This document shows positions 49,923 through 62,019 of a stretch of 64,000 nucleotides of DNA, piece after piece (position 1 is the stretch's first letter; every line of letters starts with the position of its first letter). The stretch comes from Azolla caroliniana (taxonomy: Eukaryota > Plantae > Polypodiophyta): assembly GCA_043228905.1 (NCBI GenBank), contig JBHGNT010000010.1, positions 15,376,001 through 15,440,000 of the forward strand. Reading direction: 5' to 3'. The notes below the pieces were generated by a model. The model worked only from the letters and a program-made list of their open reading frames with translations, was not told where the DNA came from and ran no database searches. Position numbers and translations under genes: made by a program.

Positions 49923-51378
49923 GTTTCAATCATTCGAGTATGGTAAACACCCTCGAAGAATGGTAAATACTATACTTTTGGATTATCTATTTATTATGAG
50001 GTAAATAAACCTAAAAAAATGAAAAAAAACAAAACAAAAAAAACCTTAAAAGGAGGGGGGGGGGGGGGATCAAACAATGTAAACCACCAAGCCCACCGTT
50101 AAAGAGACAGAAAGAAAATCGTTTGCGTACATCTAAAAAATGAGGAAGTCCAAAAAGGCGCAAAATGACCTTTATATTTTTTCTACAATGTTTTGGCCAC
50201 AAGGCTTCTAGATAGTTTAGCTTTTCCTCTTGAGGCTTCTTCTCCTACACCTATACTTGCATCCTTGGTACCATTACGGATATCATTGTCCAGCAATGAA
50301 ACATATGGCTTGTACAAAATGGTCTAGAATGACAAAGTAAGTTGATTTTCGAACAATTAATGATGGCCACATTAAACGAGGATGACAATTAGTATAAAAC
50401 TATCATGAGGTTTGAGAAAAAGGAAGGTTTGTAAGTGGACGATAATAAAATCACATATGCAAAATGTGATGCCTATGTTTGGTATTTTGTAACATGTGTT
50501 GAGGGACCATATGAGTTGATAGTTTGCATGAAAGGGAGTTGTAAATTCAATGAAATCTTTAAAAGGCCTCAAATTAGATGTAATATGAAAGTTGCCTGTA
50601 ATTGGTTTGGAGCTACTAAAATTGTCTGGTAGAAAAGGTAGGGTATTAATCCACTTTCTGTAAAACTTCTTTTTTTTCCAAACTTCTGCATACATGACGA
50701 AATTATTAGGCTGAAAACATTACAATGGCTTTAGCCATGATGACCTATAACAAACCACAAAGAAGCAGAGTGAAAGACTAAAAAGAATGACATTGGACAT
50801 CCTATATGTAATGAACGTCTAGCAAAAACCCCTTTTGAGGATGATTCATCCTGACCTTCTTCCATTGAACAATCAACACATACTGGTGCATTTGAATTAG
50901 TTGAAGAATTCTCTACACTATGGAAGGAATGGATATCCTCAGAATGCTCCTTAATTTTACTTTTAGAATGTTCATTAAGTGAACCAATGTGACAATCGAC
51001 TCTTTGAGTAATACAAGATATTAGGCATTATTAATCAATGATTTATACCATCTTAATTAGTTAGGATATTAATCCATGGGTTTTCTTTTGGTGCTTTTTT
51101 TTATATAGTTCTTACAATTTCATGACTTGCAATCACATAATTTGGTACCACCTTAATGCTAAATATTCATCATATTAATGTAGTATAAATAATTATTAGG
51201 AAAGATTAAAAATTAAGGTAGGGATTAGCAATACTCGAAGTACTATTATAATCTTTTGAGAACATTGTTTTACCCAAGGTATTTTTCTAAAGCCTTCGCA
51301 GTCTACTTTTCATAGTGCACCCAAAGTGAAGTTAACGAATATTTCTTGGATCTCGCTACTTAAAGACTTCATATCATT

Positions 51379-51381
51379 TGT

Positions 51382-51424
<43 letters not shown>
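51379..51424. repeat. (TG)n(AG)n compound microsatellite
   Basis: Direct observation. Confidence 0.95.
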
Positions 51425-51779
51425 GTGGTATTTGGCAAATGGTAGATACATTGCGTTTAAGGGGATTTTATCTTTGTTTTGTTTATCTCCCGCCTACTAG
51501 TTAAGTTATAGGGTGTTGTCTCTTGTAATTTACATTCAAGGTACTATTGTCTTTTGGCAGTTAAATTGCTCAACTATGCGGTGACTACTAGCTCACTCTA
51601 AGGTTTAAAATATTGTCTCTTGCTAGTTTAATTGTTATGTGCCCATGGCTCAATATGAGGTATAAGATGATGTCACTTGCTATATAACTCATTCGTGGGT
51701 GTTGAGGATCTCTTATTATTATTCACCGTCGTAACTTGTTTTTGACTTCTTGTTTTACTACAACAACCAAGACCTTAGG

Positions 51780-52400
51780 AAGTGGAAGGGATCCCGATGC
51801 CTATAGGCTATGGTGTTCTAAGAATCTTTTGTTTAGTTCCTATTTCACGCATGGAATAATAGAAGATCGTGAGGAAATACCATAATCCTATGGGGTTTTA
51901 GCAAAAAATGAGACCTAACGAATTTGATCTTGTTCCCTTCCCGAATATTTCCAATTTAGACGCTAGATGTATTGCTTGTGTTCATTTAATATCTACACTA
52001 AGAGCTCAATATGAGCGGATTGATGGCACTAATGATGCTGCAGAACTAATGGGGTTGAATTTTCGAAATCGATGGTGTACTACACCGATGGCCGCAACAA
52101 ATGGAATGGATATACTATGGAAGTATGAAGTACCCAAATGGTTGTTCCCCCCTCCCATTAGATGAACGAGGGGCGTGAAAGACATGGCATGTGGGATAGT
52201 GAATGTAGGTGATGTGCATGAAAGGATGGCTACAGCCATATGTGAAAGTGTAAGATAAATAAGCAAGATCTCTTGTGCAGGATAGGATAGTCTTGGCTCG
52301 GCCTTCTCGAGAAAGGGATTGAGTTTGTGTATATTTTAACTAAAGGAGTATATTCTTTTTTGGAAAAAAAGAAATGTTCTTTTACTTTGTAATGAGATGA
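51780..52400 (+). mobile_element. L1 ORF2 C-terminal fragment and 3' UTR
   Basis: LRAQYERIDGTNDAAE..F..RW..WKYEVPKWLFPPP is homologous to LRGRYDSTKGESDAAE..WHYQAPRWLFPP at 44657-45214. Confidence 0.7.
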
Positions 52401-53641
52401 GCTTTTTGTTCATAAAAGAATAAGAAAGTATGAGGAAACACCTCAAATTTATCGGGGATAAACCCAAAAAACAAAGATGATCCCTAGCTCTTTTTGTAAT
52501 TGTGGTCATTTCAATGAATGGGGGGGGGGGGAGGGGGAGCACTTTTTTCGAGAATAATGTAGAATGGGAGAGTAGAGAATCATGCAATCAAGGACACTTG
52601 AAACCGCGTAGAAGGGAATAGATATGGTGACGACTCGCGTAGAGTACTCTTTTGTTGGTGGCTATATTCATAAGCGTGGGCTCCCTAAGTGTTGACATTA
52701 ATACCTTTGCTTTGTTCTCTCTATCCCAAGGGGGGGAAACCATGTAAGAAATGGTGGGGTAAACAAATAAAAGAAAGGAGTTCATGTAGGCAGGGGTAGG
52801 AAGAACCCATTAAAAACACACGTTAACCTTTTTAGGTCAATTTGTCTTCTTCCTTTGGATTGCCTTAAGGTAAAGGGCATTTGTTTGTCAACCGTTGTTA
52901 TGCCATCTCATCTTCAATGTCAACATTGCCTTAACACAATCATATTATGTTTGCAACGTGTGCACATACTACCTTGTTTCTTGTGTTGGCATGGCCTTCC
53001 ATGCCATTAATGGTATCAATTTTCAAGACCCTGGGTTGTAGAAAGTAGGTTGTAAGGTTGGGCTTGTTCCTAATCTCGGCTTCATTGTTTGGCAATTACA
53101 GCATGATCGAAAATCCTTCAGTTAATCGAGATAAAAGAAAAAGGATTCAACAATTTCAATTGTATGACAAAACAGAACATCAAAACCACCGCTTGAGATA
53201 TGGCACCCATAACATTAGGTACGAGCTTGGCCAGGAGTGTGAAATGAGTAAAACGTTAAATGGGGGGTGGAAAAAAGGTAGGGCGAACAAGCGAATGGGG
53301 CATCCAAAACATTCGGAGTTGGAACTATGTGTAAAAGTCTGTTATACGATGGACGTGCACCCACGAGAGCGAGAGAAAAGAGGAGGGGTTCACATTGTAA
53401 TCTATTCTATTGTATAGCATGCAGAAATCTTGTTGTGTGGTGGTGGGTTCAAATCTACTTGAGGCCACACATTGAATTCAAGCTCTTCTTCCTTCCTTCC
53501 ATTTACATACAAAAAGGAAAACTCTCCTTTTGGAGTTAAAAGGCAAAAAGCAAAAAGCAAAGAGAAAAAAGCTTCTCATATAATAATATAAAGAAGACAG
53601 ATGAGGGAAAACACTGAAAGAAAGTCAGCAGAAAAAGGAGC

Positions 53642-53672
<31 letters not shown>

Positions 53673-53929
53673 CTGTGAAAAGAAGAAAAATAAAACTAGC
53701 TCCCTTTTTTTCTGAAAACAGAAGAAGATATATTTTTATTTGTAAAAGATAAAAAGGGGGGGGGGCTGAAAAAAAAGAAAGAAAGTACAGAGCATTAAAT
53801 GCTTAGTGTTTTATTTCTTTGAAAGTACACTTCATTTATGTAGGCAAACAAAAAAACAAAACCAAATAAATATACATAAATAAACAACATACAGTATATA
53901 TATATAATATATATATAAATAATAGATAT

Positions 53930-54319
53930 ATATTTATTCACTCCAAAAACATCTCCTTCCATTAGTTATAAAATATAAATAAACAGTATATATATATATA
54001 TACAAATAAATAAATAATATATACATATATATATATATATGGATATATGTATATATATATTATTTATATATATTTTTGCTGTTTGTATCTCTTTTTGGCT
54101 TTCTTTCAATCTGTGAAGAAACTAAATAACATATATATTTATTTATTTATTTACTCCAAAAAATCTCCTTCCATTAGTTATAAAATATAAATAAACAATA
54201 TATATATACAAATAAATAAATAATATACATATAGATATATGTATATATATGTACTGTATATATATATATATATTTGCTGTTTGCATGTCTTTTTGGCTTT
54301 CTTTCAATCTGTGAAGAAG
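53930..54319. repeat. ~190-220 bp AT-rich tandem duplication with (AT)n tracts upstream of the OFP gene
   Basis: ACTCCAAAAA..TCTCCTTCCATTAGTTATAAAATATAAATAAAC..GGCTTTCTTTCAATCTGTGAAGAA occurs twice. Confidence 0.9.
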
Positions 54320-54624
54320 CTCTGCTCCATTTTGCTCCCTCAGAAGGAGAGAGAGTCTTTTCTGCCTGTCACTCAATCTCTGTCTCTGTCTCTGTCTCTC
54401 TGCCATTGCCTGCCTGCTTATGGAAATGGCAATTGCAATTGCCATGGAAATGGAAATGGAAATAATGCACTCCTGCATTGCCTTTTGATAATTGACTGTT
54501 CCTGTTCCTTGGACAAGAAGAATATGAGATTAGATCCAGCCCTCCCCCCCCCCCCCCAAAAAAAAAAAACTGAACTGATCTGAACTGAACTGAAGCAAAT
54601 CTCTTTTGCTCTCTCTTCGCATTC

Positions 54625-55080
54625 ATGATATTTAGGTAAGCCATGGATCCTGTTCTTAGTAGTCTGCATTCGATGATTTTTAGGTAACCCCATTGATTAC
54701 CTGTTCTCTGTGCTCTTGTCTGCATTTGATGATTTAGGTAGTTCCATCGAATGCTGCTCTTAGTAGCCTTGCATTGATGATTTAGGTAACTGTAGATCCT
54801 GTTCTTAGTTAGTAGTCTGCATCGATGATTTAAGTAGTAGCCATTTTATCCTGTTCTTAGTAGTCTGCATCGATTATTTTAGCTAACCATTTTTATCCTG
54901 TTCTTAGTAGTCTGCATCGATTATTTTAGGTAACCATTTTATACTGTTCTTAGTAGTCTGCATCGATTATTTTAGGTAACCATTTTATCCTGTTCTTAAT
55001 AGTCTGCATCGATGATTTAGGTGACTATTTATCCTGTTCTTAGTAATCTGCATTAGGGATTTAAGTAGCCATTGATCCTG
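54625..55080 (+). repeat. ~47-bp minisatellite, about 10 units, in the putative 5'-UTR intron (54636..55164) of the OFP gene
   Basis: Consensus AT(G/T)ATTTTAGGTAACCATTTTATCCTGTTCTTAGTAGTCTGCATCG. The first unit has AG|GTAAG at 54636; a strong acceptor T11-ATGTCTGCAG ends at 55164. Confidence 0.9.
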
Positions 55081-55262
55081 AATCTTGAACGAAGACTCTC
55101 AAGAAGAAGAGCAGCAACTTGATCATCTATCTGTCAGTGCAATATTTTTTTTTTATGTCTGCAGAAGTTTAATCACATGCCGTCAATCTTGCGGTGCAAT
55201 CTCTGCACGGAAAATATCACCATTGATCTGCTTTGAACAAAGGTTCTGAATTAGAAGCAAGA

Positions 55263-55295
55263 AAGAAGAAGAAGAAGAAGAAGAAGAAGAAGAAG
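55263..55295. repeat. (GAA)n microsatellite in the OFP leader
   Basis: About 11 units. Confidence 0.95.
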
Positions 55296-55359
55296 AGCTA
55301 GTTTGTCTGAAAGAAAGCTTTGAATCAGAAGAAAGCAGAAGTAAGACGAAGAGGAGCAG

Positions 55360-56940
55360 ATGAAGACGAAAGAATCTAGGGTCGCGCTGCAGTATAATAG
55401 CAGAATTCTTCCTGAGCTCTGGCTTTCTCTGTTAAAGATCATGAAGAGAGCGAGTCCGAAGAACCTTCCGAGAGCATCATCCTCATCCTCATCCACTGCA
55501 GAGACCAGCAATTTTATGGCTCTGATGGAGATACTAAACCCTAGCTCTTTCCTGCTCACCTGCACAGCCACTTCACTGCACACAGATTCCTTCAGATGGC
55601 CTCCAGCTTCAGATTCCATCGCCACGAAAAACAGTGATTCAGAAGCGAAGGCCACTGAAGAAAGAAACCCTGCAGGAACCACTGATGAAAGAGACAGTGA
55701 AGAAACAGGCGACAGAGAAAGCAACGGTGAAGAAAGAAATCAAGAAGGAACAAGTTACAGAGAAAGAAACGATACGGAAGAAACGAAGAAAGAAGGAGAG
55801 GCAAACGAAAGAAGAAGAGGAAGATTCAGAAGTATAAATATTAAGACCAGTTTAGGAGCTTTAATGGCGACCTCCACTGACAGTTACGCACGGCCTAAAA
55901 CTGATCAGTACAACACAAAAGGTCGACATAAATCGAGCATCAATGATACTGAGGTTTGCCACCATAGCCAAATGAATATTAACCCTTCGTCTTCGTCTTC
56001 TTCTTCTGTTTCTGCTTCTTCCTCCTCTTCGTCTCTGCTACAATCAAGCAACAGTGAAGAAAACGGTAATGGTGCAGAATATCATACTGCTTCTTCTAAT
56101 CATTTTATGGCAAGCATTAGTGAAAGTGAAGAGATTTCCTCGCGCGATATATTCTTTGACTGCACAGTGGATGGAAAAACAGAAGAAGATGATGAATCCA
56201 TGGCATACCTTAATGTTTCTCCACATAAGATTAAACCTACAGAGGAAGCTGCATTATGCAGCATATCAGACCATAACCTTCACAATCATTATCTGCTTTC
56301 TTCAGCTTCATCTAACCTCAGGAGGAACAAATCTTCTACTGAGAAATCTATGATCAGTAAACATAACCTGCGTAACCATCCTTCTGGTTCATCCCCAAGA
56401 CCTAATCTCAGCCGTATGCAATATACGGACTCATCCATAAATAGCCATAGCCATTTTTCTTCATCTCCTTCAAGTCCATATACTCGTAATAACCATAGCC
56501 GCCTTTCTTCATCTCCATCTACTCATCACAAACACAGTCATCTTTCTTCATTTCCATCTCCATCTTCTTATCACAGCCATAGCTTTCTTTCTTCCCCTCA
56601 ATCTCCGTCTACTTATAATAGACACAGACATCTTTCTCCATCTCCACCTCAACCTGCCAGTAAACCAGCAAATATTGGTCATGCTCCATTAACATCCAAA
56701 TCAACTCTGCACCAGAGTGAAGCCATGGCCAAATACTCTCATGATCCTTGCTCCGATTTCGTCTCTTCCATAACCGAGATGATCATTGCTCACGATCTGA
56801 CACAGAGATCAGAAGACCTGGAAGATCTCTTTCAGTGTTATCTCCATCTTAACCCACCGAAACACCATCCCACCATTGCCCTTGCGTTCCTCTCAGCGAT
56901 GGCAGACCTCCATGTGTATTCATCGTCACCGAGAGAATGA
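55360..56940 (+). CDS. OFP: OVATE family protein (transcriptional repressor family), 526 aa, single coding exon
   Basis: C-terminal MAKYSHDPCSDFVSSITEMIIAHDL..DLEDLFQCYLHLNPPKHHPTIALAF matches the OVATE domain pattern (K.S.DP..DF..SM.EMI....LE.LL.CYL.LN...H..I..AF); long Ser/Glu/His-rich low-complexity N-terminal region. Confidence 0.9.
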   Translation: MKTKESRVALQYNSRILPELWLSLLKIMKRASPKNLPRASSSSSSTAETSNFMALMEILNPSSFLLTCTATSLHTDSFRWPPASDSIATKNSDSEAKATEERNPAGTTDERDSEETGDRESNGEERNQEGTSYRERNDTEETKKEGEANERRRGRFRSINIKTSLGALMATSTDSYARPKTDQYNTKGRHKSSINDTEVCHHSQMNINPSSSSSSSVSASSSSSSLLQSSNSEENGNGAEYHTASSNHFMASISESEEISSRDIFFDCTVDGKTEEDDESMAYLNVSPHKIKPTEEAALCSISDHNLHNHYLLSSASSNLRRNKSSTEKSMISKHNLRNHPSGSSPRPNLSRMQYTDSSINSHSHFSSSPSSPYTRNNHSRLSSSPSTHHKHSHLSSFPSPSSYHSHSFLSSPQSPSTYNRHRHLSPSPPQPASKPANIGHAPLTSKSTLHQSEAMAKYSHDPCSDFVSSITEMIIAHDLTQRSEDLEDLFQCYLHLNPPKHHPTIALAFLSAMADLHVYSSSPRE

Positions 56941-57745
56941 ATGAGTTCAAGCTATTCTCAATGAATGGCAAATTTAGACGAAGGGCAACCAATCCCCCTC
57001 CTCTGTTGCTGTCTCTCCGTCTTCAATTCTTTGTTGTAAAAACATAATATTCACTTCTTGAAGGAAAAAATCAAAAACAAAAACAACCACTGTATGGTAG
57101 CAGGAATAATGGCTTCTCAAGTCTTCGAATTCAGGGTTTAGGATTAGGGTTTAGGAATTCCTTGCGTTGGGAACACAAGAAGGAATATGGAAAACCTCCC
57201 AAATTACCCCTGAATTGTTCATTTCTTTGGGTATGACTACCCGCGAAAAGCAAAGAAACCACAGCTCCATCATAACAATTAGGGTTTAGAGGAAGGGGTG
57301 TTTGATGCCATCTTTCGGAAATTCCTGTGATCAAATGCGCCACAATTTAACCAGGCGATCACGCCCATTTAGCGGTGGCAATTAGTTGATCAGGAGCTAA
57401 TCGGATATGGATTATTAGTTGGTCGTAACAACTTGGATCAAACTGCATCTTATTATTGAATTCATGCCTAGATCTTCCGGTGTTCACTCTTTATGTATGT
57501 ACTTAAACCAAGGCAATCCGATTCCGAATGTATATCAACAAAATGTGTATTTCATTTGCTTAAATTAAACCTGGTTTAAAATATGCTTACTGATGATGAT
57601 ATATGATCTTCTATTTGCTTAAACTCGGTTTAATCGCTTACTAGCCTTCAGCTTAATCGTGGCTAACAATGGGATTGCATCGCCCGCATTGTAGGATTTT
57701 CGAGGGATTCTCATACAATACAGTCTCTTATTTCTTCCATAAAAC

Positions 57746-58506
57746 TAGGGATTGCCAAGGTTGCGTTCAGTTCGAGCCAAACCGAACCGCTAAACGGCTG
57801 CTTAACTGCTTAACTATGTCATTCCTGGTTCGATAGAGGCTTAGAAATTTGTAAACGGTTTGGTATATATTCAAACGCGGCTTAACTATGTCGTTTCTGG
57901 TTTCGGTAGAGGGTTAGAAATTTTGTAAACGGTTTGGTTATTCTTGGGTGTGGTTCTAAGGGCTCAATTTGGTTCACTTTGCAAGGGCTCAATTTGGTCC
58001 ACGTTGAGGGTTTATCGGCTTGATGGTTTGGAGGACATTCTTAAGATAAATGCTAAATGTATTAATTTCTAATGGTTTGGTTTTGTTTGGGGGAGTTAGA
58101 CGGGTTCCATTCGGTTCAGTTTGAGACTTTATGTGCCCAATGGTTTTAACGGTTTCAAAGGTGGAATAGCTTTATAAACTATCTTATATAACATTATACA
58201 TATACTATGAAGTTTTAACTTCGGGACTTAGGGACTCTTTTATGTTAGAGCTTCATTTTTAGTTAAAATAGAAATAAACTTATCTTGATCAATTAAAAAA
58301 CATTGTCTCTACAATCGCCAACAACAAAACCAGACCACGAAACCGTGGTTTTAACGATTTTTAAGGTTATAGAGATCTTAGAACCATTTTGTTTGAGCTT
58401 AAAGACCGTCAATCATTTGGTTCGAGGCGAAGCCAAACCACGGCTTTAACAACATTTTAAAGTTATAGATATCTTGAAGCATTTGGTGTGAGTTTGGAAA
58501 TCCCTG
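57746..58506. mobile_element. Degenerate hAT-like element
   Basis: Starts TAGGGATTGCCAA.. followed by AAACCGAACCG motifs; possible inverted end TTGGAAATCCCTG; internal ~57-bp duplication (GCTTAACTATGTC..GTAAACGGTTTGGT). No TSD found. Confidence 0.5.
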
Positions 58507-60399
58507 AAACAGTTTGAGCATTCAATTTTATCAACTTTTGTATAAAAGGGTTTGAGTTTGAGATGCATGAACCCAACCCTCGCCATTCCAAGGATAAAAC
58601 CTTGTATCATGACCAATTAGACACGAAATGTCCATTTCATTTGTAAAAATGTGTTAACCAAAAAATGATACTTCTAATTGTGGGATATTAAAAATGTAAT
58701 AATAATGTCTTATATATGACAGATACGTGGAGCCTTATTAGAGTGTTTTGTCATTCACTTATAGTCTTGTTGTTACTCTAAATTACAAATAAACAAAATC
58801 AAAGTCAATGAATGATTTAGGAGATTCCCTATGAAATCGCATTTTTGTTTTGTTTTGTTGCTTGTCCTTTGGTAATGCTTCATGCATGAAAACGAAAAAG
58901 GTTATCATCACATCAATCAAAGTTTGTTGAGCATGAGTTTTGAGTTCAAGCCCCTCCCTTATTTCTCTTGGTTCCTCTCTCTAATATCCAACAAGATGAT
59001 TTGATACTGACTCAGCTTTCTTTTTCCAAGTATTCTTTTGCGCCCCTAGTTGTCAACTCAATGAAATAACAAAATTTGAGAAGCCGACATTGTAAAATGC
59101 TCGAGTAATCATCTATGACTAACCTCATAGAGTTAAGACCTTGGACCAAACTGTCTTGAGCATGCCCAGGATCTTAAAGTCAAGAACCCATGTAGCCTAC
59201 CTTTGTCAATTTCAATGATAAGCATCAACATCAACGAAATTTGGCTTGTTTCGGTTTACTGGTATCCGTAGGGCTAAGTAGTAGCTACCATGTCATACAC
59301 TTCTTAAGGTCTTTTGTACATTCCATTGCCTCTGTTGCTACATAGTTCCGACCTTCCCTTCCCTTTTTGCCTTTTTACATTATGATTTAACCACTCACCA
59401 AAATCTAAACCCGTTGAAGCTCACGAAAACATTCGCCTCCATGCCAACTAATCAAGCAAACATTCACCTAGTTAGTTGACTCTTTAGTTATGCATACTCT
59501 AGTCACAAAAAATGACCGTAATCTCTCCTTAAAGAATAATCTTGTATATGGGTCCCAATAGTCTAAAAAAAAAATTCCAATGGTAAGAGGAAGCTTCTTA
59601 TTAACTTATTCATTTTCACAAAATATCCAAGTAGGCGGGTTTGAAACCGAAAACAAAATAGATTTTCTAGCTAGTCCATGAAAGAGAATTAGAAATTTTG
59701 TTGAATTGCTTGAACTATTGTTTTTAGCAATTGGGTATCACAAGATTTGAGTAGTATGTGAATTTGAAAACCTACTCAAACGCCACGTTATTGAAATGGA
59801 AAAATACCTGGATTTCCATGAACTCAACAGCAAGTAAATTGAAAGTGGAAATATATATTAATCTCCTGTATATATTACCATGATTAGGTTGGTGAAGTAT
59901 ATATATTGATTGAAGTTGGATTGTTTGTTGCATTTTAGTTTGCAAGAGTCAACATTGTCTTACTAGAGAAAAGAATGGATTAAACTTAATTCAAGCCAAA
60001 ACCAATCAATGGTGCTCTCATTTGCGGTGCCAAAACGGGGAGACCCCTATCCAACAAGGAACACCTAATGTTCAAGGTTATGGTGAATTCCAAATTTGTG
60101 CCCATTACAAAAAATGTACAAAATGTCATGCTTGTATCAAAGGGCATCTTCAAGAGGAAACAAAATGGCATGTTTGTTTACAACCATTTACCAATGTACA
60201 AAGTATCATGTTTGAATTACGTACTTTATATAGGTTAGACATGTCCTTTTCTCCATCTTAATTTCTATTTATTTGTTTTATAGTACTTTTGTTGGTAACA
60301 TGTTATAAGGTTATATTAATAACACAAAAAACACATTGTTATGTTAGAAAAAGGTGACAGAGAGGTCACATATGGTGAAACTATGTATTGAATTGTGAT

Positions 60400-61380
60400 G
60401 CTTCAATTTTGAAGACGGGCACTCAAAGTGTTTCAACTAGACAATTATCTATGCATCCTCACTATTTTCAACTATGTTTTCGCAACAATTATGAAAATAG
60501 GATCCATTTCTATGTGATATTCCGGGAACTTGGGCTTCCAATTTTAATAACGTGTAAACTAGATGTCTTGGAATCATAAAAGAGTATCCTATTAACCAAA
60601 GATAGGAAGAAATTCCATTTTGCCACAAACGAAATGTGAATATAGTCCTATTGTTAATAGATCTCACATTCTCAATTTCAAATGAACATGTAAAAGAGAT
60701 ACATCCATGAGACCAAATATCAACTATGATAAATAATTGATATGTCGATGTTTAAGAGTTATAAAATGTATCCATGGCTCCAATATCTAGCAACATGAGG
60801 TATGATAGCAATACACGGTGTGTCGAAATCATCTTGATATGTGCCAACGAAGGCTTTAGTATTTACCAATAGAGTTACCTCTATGAAAGGTATGCCAAAG
60901 AAATATGCATCATAAGAGTATGAATGGCACAAATGACAGAAGTGATATAAAAATAGACAATTGCATACTTTATATTCGATAGAAACTATGATTACACGAC
61001 TTTGTGTAGTCTCCCTTGGCATCTCCTTCATTCCAAAAATGTTTCAAACAGAATCTTTAACTTCAAACACAAATAGAAGTTTGTCTCACATTTGGATGCT
61101 AAAGAACCATCTTAAGGAGAATATCTTTCAAGTAAACTAAATCTTCGGCAACAAGACATGTATGTATGAAGTGAACACAGGTTCTAACTTGGACACGAAC
61201 TTTTGTAAAACCTCAAAAAAGGTTTTAATTTAGAGTCTTTGGGCCGCACTTGGGGATTCTACCTCTATGACGATTTACTTCTCCTCTAGGGTAGTGTCAA
61301 TACCCATTAGATATACTCAAAATACCCTTTGAGTTTTTCGACAAAAGTCATTTAGTGATATTGAATTCCTTCTAAGTTTT
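60400..61380 (-). mobile_element. Decayed LINE ORF2 remnant
   Basis: Weak resemblance to the post-RT region of the RTE-X-like elements at 21283-21684 and 10175-10453; heavily frameshifted. Confidence 0.35.
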
Positions 61381-61976
61381 AAAATGCAAGAAAAATCAGA
61401 AGCTTCTATTAGATTTGTGAATATGCGAAAGTGCAAAGATTGTGAATATACAAGCAACTGTTAATCAAGTGTACAAGAAAACGTGTGTACATTTAATGCC
61501 AAGATAAATGTAAGGAAAGATCATAAATGTGTGCAAAAGAAGCTTTTGAAAATGTGGAAGAAAATATGGAAATGAACCAAAAATAGGTGCAAAAAAGTGC
61601 CAAAGTTTTAAAAGGTTTGTGATTGTGCATCAAGGGTAAAGATATCAAACACGTAAATGTGAAAGTGATGAATGTGAATGTGTGTAAAAAGCTTTGCGAA
61701 AAAGTAACATGTGAACTTGTACGGAAGAGAAAAAACGTGTGAAGGCCTCTATTTTCCTTCTACTTCTTCCCATCACCTTGTGTATAGGTCTTCTTTTGCT
61801 TTTTGCTCACGAGGAAGATGGTATTTTGGCGTGAAGGGCTTTGTTGATATTCTCTATCATTCTTGTTGTTGAGCATCTCCTCCATGCTTCTATTCTAACA
61901 TAAATCTATACCTTATAAGTCTTAGCATTTGTGTCGTTCACAAGGATGACCATTGTCATAATAATAATGCATGTCA

Positions 61977-61978
61977 GA

Positions 61979-62018
<40 letters not shown>
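61977..62018. repeat. (TG)n microsatellite
   Basis: Direct observation. Confidence 0.95.

Positions 62019-62019
<1 letters not shown>

Noticed and set aside
54143-54725. ORFs of 90-118 aa upstream of OFP
   Set aside because: Built from (AT)n, (CTGTCT)n and ATGGAA repeats; not credible proteins.
54625-55080. CRISPR-like array
   Set aside because: Units are contiguous tandem repeats without unique spacers, no cas genes are present, and the context is eukaryotic.
59560-60261. Cys/His-containing short ORF (CTKCHAC)
   Set aside because: Too short and interrupted to assign; no supporting exon structure.
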